This document shows positions 54,947 to 61,575 of a stretch of DNA of 64,000 bases, piece by piece (positions within the stretch are counted from its first letter, which is position 1; every line of letters begins with the position of its first letter). The position numbers and the translations under genes were made by a program. The stretch comes from a virus. Taxonomy: Duplodnaviria; Heunggongvirae; Uroviricota; Caudoviricetes. Under the pieces are notes generated by a model that saw nothing but the letters and a program-made list of their open reading frames with translations, was not told where the DNA came from and ran no database searches. The DNA lies in the IMG/VR virus record IMGVR_UViG_3300012007_000007, positions 99,434 to 163,433 of that record. The stretch is one strand, 5' to 3'.

Positions 54947-55029
54947 CGGAAGGCGAGGGACTCGAACCCCCAAGCGTTTTACCGCGGCGGATTTCAAGTC
55001 CGCTGACTTACCAGTTAGCCTAGCCTTCC
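54947..55029 (-). tRNA. tRNA-Ser (anticodon UGA), long variable arm
   Basis: hand-folded cloverleaf; acceptor GGAAGGC/GCCTTCC; anticodon loop CTTGAAA; T-loop GGTTCGAGTCC. Confidence 0.65.
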
Positions 55030-55036
55030 TGTTTCC

Positions 55037-55225
55037 CTAGTAGTGGGCGTGCGAAGAGAGAAGTTCAGCCTTCTCCCTCTCCATGCGCTCCCTCTGCCGG
55101 GCAAGCTTCTTGATGTCTATTCCGCAGGACTTGGCCATGCTCCTGGCCTTCTTCTGCTGCTTGGCCCAGCGGGCCTGCTTCTGCTCCTCGGTTTCCTCCG
55201 GGAGCTCTTCCCTGTGCTTCTTCAT
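55037..55225 (-). CDS. small Lys/Glu-rich protein (62 aa)
   Basis: ORF track. Confidence 0.4.
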   Translation of the reverse strand: MKKHREELPEETEEQKQARWAKQQKKARSMAKSCGIDIKKLARQRERMEREKAELLSSHAHY

Positions 55226-55233
55226 ATGTCCCC

Positions 55234-55701
55234 CTAGTCGTTCACCCCGACGACCACAATCTCGTCTTCGGTAAAATACTCGTTAAGTTTGTCCCTGTTG
55301 GCCTGCATAGTGTTCCACATGCGCTCGACCACGTCAATAGGAACCTTGCGCTCCCTGCCTTCCATTCTCCGCATGGCGACCTCGGGCGGAATGTCGAACC
55401 AGTAGGCCCTGGACATTGAGCCGGCCGGGCAAAGGCCCAGGTAGGTCCTCCAGTCCCTCACGTGGATATTGGTGGCGTCGCACACCACGTCGCCGCGCAG
55501 CATGCCCTCCGATACCCTAGAACGGAATATGGCGAATACCTTGGAATCCAGCTCCGGGTAGAGGTATTCCTCCGTACCGGTCAGTTCCTTCCGGATTCCA
55601 TCGGACGACACTACGGTAGCCCCGGTAGATTCCGCGAGCTTCCTCCCGTACGTAGACTTGCCGCACCCGGGAATGCCTATGAGAAGATGCAGAGTATTCA
55701 T
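55234..55701 (-). CDS. polynucleotide 5'-kinase (T4 Pnk kinase-domain-like P-loop kinase) (155 aa)
   Basis: GIPGCGKST Walker A; RKVPIDVVERMWNTM closely resembles T4 Pnk KAVPIDVLRSMYKSM. Confidence 0.65.
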   Translation of the reverse strand: MNTLHLLIGIPGCGKSTYGRKLAESTGATVVSSDGIRKELTGTEEYLYPELDSKVFAIFRSRVSEGMLRGDVVCDATNIHVRDWRTYLGLCPAGSMSRAYWFDIPPEVAMRRMEGRERKVPIDVVERMWNTMQANRDKLNEYFTEDEIVVVGVND

Positions 55702-55719
55702 CTGATTGTTCCTTTTTAG

Positions 55720-55792
55720 TAGTCCTACCCGGATTCGAACCGGAGTTACCGGAATGAGAATCCGGCGTCCTGGGCCTCTAGACGATAGGACC
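55720..55792 (-). tRNA. tRNA-Glu (anticodon CUC)
   Basis: hand-folded; strong similarity to bacterial tRNA-Glu backbone; loop TTCTCAT. Confidence 0.6.
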
Positions 55793-55807
55793 GTGTGTTA
55801 AATTTAG

Positions 55808-55881
55808 CTCCGGTGGACAGACTCGAACTGCCGAATCTCCTGATTACAAATCAGGCGCTCTACCAACTGAGCTACACCGGA
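55808..55881 (-). tRNA. tRNA-Thr (anticodon UGU)
   Basis: hand-folded; loop TTTGTAA; T-loop TTCGAGT. Confidence 0.6.
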
Positions 55882-55887
55882 ATGGAA

Positions 55888-55961
55888 TCGGGGTAGCCGG
55901 ATTCGAACCGACGACATCCTGCTCCCAAAGCAGACGCTCTACCAGGCTGAGCTACACCCCG
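55888..55961 (-). tRNA. tRNA-Pro (anticodon UGG)
   Basis: hand-folded; loop TTTGGGA. Confidence 0.6.
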
Positions 55962-55967
55962 GGAACC

Positions 55968-56228
55968 CTAGTCTTCTTCGACTGGTTCCGTCAGCTTGGT
56001 AGCGATTACCTTCGCGTAGTCGGCCACCGTGCGGATACGTTCGAGCTCGGAATCGAGAATCTCAATCTCGAACTCGTCTTCCATCGCCATCACGATTTCC
56101 ACGATGTCGAGAGAGTCCGCGCCGAGGTCGGCAGCGATTTCGGAATCGTCGTCGATGTCGGAAACGTCAAGTTCCAGCTTGGCGGAAATTACGTTCTTCA
56201 CGCGTCCGAGAAGTTCATTGCTTGTCAT
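55968..56228 (-). CDS. acyl carrier protein (86 aa)
   Basis: GADSLDIVEIVMAMEDEF phosphopantetheine-attachment motif; AGGAGA RBS. Confidence 0.65.
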   Translation of the reverse strand: MTSNELLGRVKNVISAKLELDVSDIDDDSEIAADLGADSLDIVEIVMAMEDEFEIEILDSELERIRTVADYAKVIATKLTEPVEED

Positions 56229-56244
56229 ATACTCTCCTTGTAAA

Positions 56245-56541
56245 TCACTTGACTTCTTCGACTTTCTGCGGTCCGGCCAGGCGGTGCATGTCCGCATACA
56301 GTCTTTCCCGGTATAGTCCGAGGTCCTTCAATGTCTTTTCCAGTTCGTCGAACCTGCATTCGACGACACGGTCTCCGGATTCGATGCGGGCCTTCTCCTT
56401 ATCCATGTCGTACCGTATCCATGTTACGGCCAGGTCCTTCGGGTTGACGTACTTGGTCGTCGTAACGTCGTACGAGTGCATGTTTTGGAGGTAACCTTCG
56501 ATGAACCGGAATTTCCAAAGAGCAAAGTTTGTCAAGTCCAT
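56245..56541 (-). CDS. hypothetical protein (98 aa)
   Basis: ORF track. Confidence 0.5.
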   Translation of the reverse strand: MDLTNFALWKFRFIEGYLQNMHSYDVTTTKYVNPKDLAVTWIRYDMDKEKARIESGDRVVECRFDELEKTLKDLGLYRERLYADMHRLAGPQKVEEVK

Positions 56542-56562
56542 TGTTCATTATCCCCAAATTGC

Positions 56563-56651
56563 CAGTTTATGTAGAAGAGGGAGCAGGATTCGAACCTGCG
56601 AGGGCCCGTGAGGGCCCCACCGGCTTAGCAAGCCGGCGCCTTTAGCCTCTC
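56563..56651 (-). tRNA. tRNA-Ser (anticodon GCU), long variable arm
   Basis: hand-folded; loop TTGCTAA; 89 nt. Confidence 0.6.
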
Positions 56652-56670
56652 GGCCACCCCTCCGATGAAA

Positions 56671-57450
56671 TTAGTTCAGCGACAGGTCGGGAACTACCCT
56701 TTCCACGGAGCGGCTGTCGTTGAACTCGCTGCCACGATAGCGGTGAGTGTCGTACTTCGGGTCCTGCCCTATGATGCCGTAAGTCATGGAATCGGCCATG
56801 CCGGATGTCTTGCACACGCTGAACAGCGCGTCGCTCATGAACGGGTACCGCTTCAGCTCGTTGAGGAGACCGTCGAGTATGAAGTCGGCGAACCTGGTGT
56901 AAGCGCCGCTGTAGCACAGCAGACCCTTGTTCAGCCCGACCAGGAACAGCTTCATCTCGGAATGGTGGGCGAGGTACTCGTAAACTCCCTCCGTAATCTG
57001 CGGATAGGTCGGGGAATACATGTCGTCGAGCACCACTACACCGTCCGGCTGCAGTACCTTCGACGCGATGTCGAGGTCGCACTTCACCCCTTCCAGGGAA
57101 TGGGCCCCGTCGATGTGGATGAACTGCATGCACTTTCCGTATTCGCGGGTGAACGGGGTGTAGCATGAAAGGTTGAGGTATCCCTTCACGTGCTCCCCGT
57201 CCAGCGTGGTATGCGAAAGCACGTTCTCCCTGGTGGTCTGGTAGTGTCCGGCGTCGCATTCGACGTAGTGGAACGTGTCGGAAGTGCTGCTCGCTATGAT
57301 GACGGCCGTCTTCCCGTCCCACGTCCCTATCTCCATCGTGTTCGCCGGCTCGATGAAGCGTAGAAAACAGTCCATCAGGACCATGGCCTCGTAGTTGTTG
57401 AAGCCCTCTATGTCCGCGACAGTGTACATGTTGAATATATCGTTCTTCAT
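56671..57450 (-). CDS. class I SAM-dependent methyltransferase (TylF/MycF-like fold) (259 aa)
   Basis: EIGTWDGKTAVIIA (motif I-like), IHIDGAHSLEG, DGVVVLDDM. Confidence 0.5.
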   Translation of the reverse strand: MKNDIFNMYTVADIEGFNNYEAMVLMDCFLRFIEPANTMEIGTWDGKTAVIIASSTSDTFHYVECDAGHYQTTRENVLSHTTLDGEHVKGYLNLSCYTPFTREYGKCMQFIHIDGAHSLEGVKCDLDIASKVLQPDGVVVLDDMYSPTYPQITEGVYEYLAHHSEMKLFLVGLNKGLLCYSGAYTRFADFILDGLLNELKRYPFMSDALFSVCKTSGMADSMTYGIIGQDPKYDTHRYRGSEFNDSRSVERVVPDLSLN

Positions 57451-57484
57451 CGGGAATCTCCGGGAGATTGGTTGTTTTTGCTAG

Positions 57485-57557
57485 TATCCCCACCAAGACT
57501 CGAACTTGAATCGGCGGTTTAGGAAACCGTGGCTCTATCCTGTTGAGCTATGGGGAC
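57485..57557 (-). tRNA. tRNA-Arg (anticodon CCU)
   Basis: hand-folded; loop TTCCTAA. Confidence 0.55.
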
Positions 57558-57582
57558 TCATACTCGTACTTACGGAAGTGGA

Positions 57583-57666
57583 GGGACTCGAACCCCCAAG
57601 CCGGTAAAGGCTCGCGGTTTTCGAAACCGCTCCGCCACCACTTGCGGGACACTTCCTGTATAGGGT
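57583..57666 (-). tRNA. tRNA-Ser (anticodon CGA), long variable arm
   Basis: hand-folded; perfect acceptor GGAAGTG/CACTTCC; loop TTCGAAA. Confidence 0.6.
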
Positions 57667-57673
57667 GGAAGAC

Positions 57674-57747
57674 AGGGCTTGAACCTGCAACAGCCGGCTC
57701 CACAAGCCGGGGCTCTACCAGTTGAGCTACTTCCACCGTAAATGGCC
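57674..57747 (-). tRNA. tRNA-His (anticodon GUG) with genomically encoded G-1
   Basis: hand-folded; loop TTGTGGA; extra 5' G pairing with C73. Confidence 0.6.
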
Positions 57748-57864
57748 ATGCGGCCCGGGAGCGCCGGGATATCCCGCGGCGTTTTCCCGGTTGCCCCGGG
57801 AGCATACCGCCGGCATGCTGAGCATCCCGGGTATTGGCCGGGACTCACTTACATCACCGCATAG

Positions 57865-57939
57865 TGCCCCTGGATGGGCTCGAACCACCGACCACTCCCA
57901 CCAATGGCGGGAGATGCTCTACCGCTGAGCTACAAGGAC
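57865..57939 (-). tRNA. tRNA-like gene with non-canonical anticodon arm (8-bp stem / 3-nt loop, or 9-nt loop)
   Basis: acceptor, D-arm and T-arm (GGTGG-TTCGAGC-CCATC) fold; anticodon region CTCCCGCCATTGGTGGGAG does not give a 7-nt loop. Confidence 0.4.
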
Positions 57940-58184
57940 ATGGACCGGGGTACTAGCTAGCTCTCCCCCGGCGATTGAAGCAGCCGGCTGCCATGCAGGC
58001 TGACGGGCCCACATGGCCCGCCTTCACGATTTCCCTCCAATCAATTGGAAACCGGGAACGGTAGGCGGGCGCAGTCCGGTATCCCGGATGGCTGGCCCCT
58101 GGGCTGTTCCATGCCCGCCATGACTTTGTGCCTCATGGTGGCGACCATCGCATTTCCCGCGGTCGACGGGGCATGCGGTAGTAG

Positions 58185-58260
58185 TGGACGGTCTGGGGCT
58201 CGAACCCAGGGCCTAGTGGTTATGAGTCACCTGCTCGCATACCAACCGAGCTCACCGTCC
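58185..58260 (-). tRNA. tRNA-Met (anticodon CAU; elongator, or Ile2 lysidine type)
   Basis: hand-folded; perfect acceptor GGACGGT/ACCGTCC; loop CTCATAA. Confidence 0.55.
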
Positions 58261-58266
58261 GTAAAC

Positions 58267-59025
58267 TTATGCTTCAATTAACACATCATCTGATTCAATA
58301 TATCGATAGAACGTGCAACCTAGCAGCTCTTTGATGATACGTGTTCGTTCGATATCCTTGTCCTGACATACGCCATTAGTGTAATGGTGCCTGTGTTCAT
58401 CGTATTCAACGACTATATTACGTTCTTTATCATAAGCATCCAATGAATAACGGCCAACTCGAATCTCACCACCATTCATTGCATGCTGTAAATTCCAGCC
58501 ACGCTCAGCATTGAGCCTATCGAAATATTCACACGCTTTGATGCTGTATCGCGGACCAGCATTGGTTGCGTTTATATATTGCCGCGTCGATTCGCTAATT
58601 TTCTTCTTGGTTTCATCAGAATGGGTTCTTCCAGTGAATGTTCCCTTCAACTCTCCGCTAGCATATCGGTTTTCTAATGTAGTCACATACTGTTTGACCC
58701 TGGCATCAGTGAATTGTGTCAATCCCTTGTTCCATGCACTTCCAATCAGCTTTCGCTTTCCATCAACTACAACGAATCTAATCGCCTTATCGGGGTGAAC
58801 ACTCTTCTTATGTGCATCGAGAAGCCGTCTGGTTTCCATTACGCAATCACAGAATGGACACTTCCAGTCATTAGACCTGCGCCGACGAGTTGCTGGAGGA
58901 TGTCCTGTCAGTTTACCGTTCTTGTTTGATTGCTTGCCAATATTGCGATATTGGCAAGCTCTCGAGCAGAACCTCCCAGACCCGTACGAACCATCATGCT
59001 CAGCACCACATTCTTCGCATATCAT
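58267..59025 (-). CDS. putative freestanding homing endonuclease (N-terminal zinc fingers + NUMOD3-like motif) (252 aa)
   Basis: CEECG...CSRAC and CPFCDC...H..H fingers; FTGRTHSDETKKKISESTRQY NUMOD3-like; embedded in the tRNA cluster like T4 segB. Confidence 0.45.
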   Translation of the reverse strand: MICEECGAEHDGSYGSGRFCSRACQYRNIGKQSNKNGKLTGHPPATRRRRSNDWKCPFCDCVMETRRLLDAHKKSVHPDKAIRFVVVDGKRKLIGSAWNKGLTQFTDARVKQYVTTLENRYASGELKGTFTGRTHSDETKKKISESTRQYINATNAGPRYSIKACEYFDRLNAERGWNLQHAMNGGEIRVGRYSLDAYDKERNIVVEYDEHRHHYTNGVCQDKDIERTRIIKELLGCTFYRYIESDDVLIEA

Positions 59026-59042
59026 ATCTTTTATCCTTTTAG

Positions 59043-59119
59043 TGCCACGGGGTGGATTCGAACCACCATCTCACCTGGTCGCGAACCAAGGATGCGCTCT
59101 GCCGTTAAACTACCGCGAC
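59043..59119 (-). tRNA. tRNA-like gene with insertion between D- and anticodon stems
   Basis: T-arm GGTGG-TTCGAAT-CCACC and acceptor fold (2 G-U pairs); the standard anticodon stem does not pair. Confidence 0.35.
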
Positions 59120-59120
59120 A

Positions 59121-59774
59121 TGGTGGGAACAGCGGTATCCTAGCTTCTAGAAAGCGTCACCGCCCGGTTCCCTCTCGGTGTCCTTGCAGGGACTGTACTC
59201 ATTCCGCCGATGCGGAAACCATCCGGCTATCTGCCAACCGGCTAGGCCACTGTAACCAGTGTGGCCAACGGGCCCTTAATGCTCCACGTTACCAGGACGT
59301 GGCCGCACTCTGTCTTGTTTTACGTCGTTTCGACGGGCGCACCCGACGGCCGGACTTGCGAGAGCATACCTCGCTCGTCCATATTTGGCTTCCCCGCAAT
59401 TTACACCTAGGCTAATCACGGTTACCCAAAATCATAATCTCGCTGGCGCATTACCGGGCTTCCCCGAACGGTACCCCGGCCATTATTCCGCCACTTATGC
59501 TACGGCACAGCCCCATAGGATATACCTGCGGGCATCTTCCATCATCTCCGTCGAGACTTTTCAAACACACTGGGCCTATTAGCGGGCCCTTACCGCTTTA
59601 CGCTCGCGTGGCCGGTACGCGGCTGCACGCATGCAACCTTTCCCTGAACGGGATTGGCATTATGGCACTTGGCCAAGCTCATCAAATGCATGACCCCAGA
59701 TTCCTGTCGGGCCAAGAAACTTACCGCACGAATATCCAGGAATCTCAGTCGGGCGGCAGCAATCCAATGTCCTA
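59121..59774 (-). ncRNA. candidate structured ncRNA (GC-rich, ORF-free, ~650 nt) with RNase P RNA P3/P4-like motifs
   Basis: minus-strand hairpin GCGAG-guaugcu-CUCGC followed by AAGUCCGGCC; later ACAGAGUGCGGCC, CCUGGUAACG; near the 3' end GGGAACCGGGCGG complementary to GUCCGG; ends ...CCCACCA. Confidence 0.3.
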
Positions 59775-59847
59775 CTCCGGCTGCCGGACTCGAACCAGCG
59801 ACCCCGTCATTACGAATGACGCGCTCTACCAGCTGAGCTAAGCCGGA
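59775..59847 (-). tRNA. tRNA-Thr (anticodon CGU)
   Basis: hand-folded; perfect acceptor TCCGGCT/AGCCGGA; loop TTCGTAA. Confidence 0.6.
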
Positions 59848-60135
59848 AAAATGGTGGAACGCCCCGGTCTCGATTGTTCACAGGAAGTACCAGAGCCTTG
59901 ATAATGCCGAGCGGCCTTGCGTCCACCAAATGGTTTCCCGGCGGGGCGTAATATCTTCAATGTAAAAATAGGAACGCCGTTTGCCGGGAATAAAGGGGGC
60001 ACCTCCCGGGGAGTAATAATTTAACCCGTAAGAAGGAACTCCGTATGGGAGGTGCTAATGTCTTGGCGCGGGCCCAACCGGAGGAGAAAGGGCCCGCGCC
60101 GTCGCCGCGGCATGGAGGGACCGCGGACTTGTTCG

Positions 60136-60208
60136 TAGCGGGAGGCGGATTCGAACCGCCGACCTCGAGGTTATGGGCCTCGCGAGCTACCAACTGCTCC
60201 ATCCCGCG
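60136..60208 (-). tRNA. initiator tRNA-fMet (anticodon CAU)
   Basis: C1 x U72 mismatch, A11:U24, GGAGCAGTTGGTAGCTCG closely matches bacterial tRNA-fMet; loop CCCATAA. Confidence 0.6.
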
Positions 60209-60439
60209 TCGTAAAAAGGTTGGTACGGGACTGGCAAGGAGTTTTCGTCGAATCAACCAAATAAGGAGTATCATGGCAATGAATGAACCATGATGTATGG
60301 CACCTCGCCCGTCCCGTACCGAAAAGGTATTGCCTGGATATCGTATCCAGGAACGCACGGCTTAACCTGAGCCGTGTGAGAAAAAACGCATCCGGACTGT
60401 CAATCTGCTTGGGAAACTCTGGGATTTCCCGGTATGCCA

Positions 60440-60455
60440 TAAATATAGCAAAAAA
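60440..60455 (-). promoter_or_regulatory. class-III motif, likely promoter of the tRNA operon
   Basis: TTTTTTGCTATATTTA ~230 nt upstream of tRNA-fMet on the minus strand. Confidence 0.4.
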
Positions 60456-60604
60456 TGACGAGCGTGACAATAAATTGAGTAATATTTCAGAAAAATATGG
60501 CTCAAACACTTGTCAATACGCTCATTACGCAGAGTGAGCTTGGTGAATCAGCACTGTTTAATGAATGCGGAATCACCTTGCTCGTGCTGTTGACGATTAC
60601 TTAA

Positions 60605-61565
60605 ATGTCACATGTCCACTGAATGGGGCACGGTTCATCCCGGTAATGTTCACTTTTAACTACCCTGAAGTGTTGCCATTCCTCTGAATGGGAACGGGTC
60701 CACTAACATATTGCCCGTATCGGGGGCCGGACTGGTGTTGCTACCTCACAAAATGGAGGTAGGACCACCTATTTAATGTTGCTGGCTCAATCTTGTGCTG
60801 GTGTAGTCACCCCTCAAAATGGGGGTGGGTCCACCCTGGGCTTTCTCGCCGCTGGCGCCCTTGTCGGTGTAGCCACCCCTCAAAATGGGGGTGGGTCCAC
60901 CAGAGAGAGTAATTGCCGTATGAATTTGTACGGTGTAGTCACCCCTCAAAATGGGGGTGGGTCCACCAACATCGGTACGCTGAACGTAACGAGCGAGGGG
61001 TGTAGTCACCCCTCAAAATGGGGGTGGGTCCACCATCCTACAATAACGGGGCAATTACCGTCAAGGTGTAGTCACCCCTCAAAATGGGGGTGGGTCCACC
61101 GGTTATCCAGCCATTTATCCATGCCCTTCTGGTGTAGTCACCCCTCAAAATGGGGGTGGGTCCACCCGCAGGTGAAATAGTATTCTTTTCCTGGTTGGTG
61201 TAGTCACCCCTCAAAATGGGGGTGGGTCCACCCGACACAGCAGCCGTTGTAGGCGCCGTCATGGTGTAGTCACCCCTCAAAATGGGGGTGGGTCCACCAA
61301 GCCGGGGGTCATTAAAAACCTTACTAGAGGTGTAGTCACCCCTCAAAATGGGGGTGGGTCCACCTATGACTTCCTTGGTATAGTCTTCGATGCCGGTGTA
61401 GTCACCCCTCAAAATGGGGGTGGGTCCACCACTTACACGAGAAGATGCGTTCAAGCTCCTGGTGTAGTCACCCCTCAAAATGGGGGTGGGTCCACCCGGG
61501 GGCGAGTACAATTACTATGGCCTCTAGGTGTAGTCACCCCTCAAAATGGGGGTGGGTCCACCTTG
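60605..61565 (-). CRISPR. CRISPR array: 12 intact 36-bp repeats (GGTGTAGTCACCCCTCAAAATGGGGGTGGGTCCACC as read on the plus strand) + ~3 decayed repeats at the low-coordinate end; 11 spacers of 30-31 bp
   Basis: exact 66-bp periodicity from 60803 to 61565; repeat 2 has a T-to-C variant; decayed units at ~60611, 60677, 60743 keep the 66-bp phase; internal hairpin CACCCC-TCAAAAT-GGGGGTG in the repeat. Confidence 0.9.
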
Positions 61566-61575
61566 GTTTTCATAA

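Noticed and set aside
59121-59774. tmRNA (ssrA) interpretation of the 650-nt non-coding segment
   Set aside because: It ends in ...CCCACCA and has a TTTCGACGGG-like string, but there is no T-arm (GGTTCGAnTCC) near the 3' end and no recognisable tag-peptide reading frame. RNase P-like motifs fit better, but remain unproven.
36653-60455. Assigning the host to Bacteroidota from the TAnnTTTG-like class-III motif
   Set aside because: The same genome uses strong GGAGG Shine-Dalgarno sites and two textbook TTGACA-17-TATAAT promoters, which argue against a Bacteroidota-type transcription and translation apparatus. The host is left open.
56642-60509. ORFs overlapping tRNA genes or the ncRNA region (56642..57496, 58930..59415, 59497..59841, 59957..60358, 60171..60509)
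   Set aside because: They span well-formed tRNA cloverleafs or are in the wrong frame relative to the SAM-methyltransferase gene, and they have Arg/Pro-rich junk composition.
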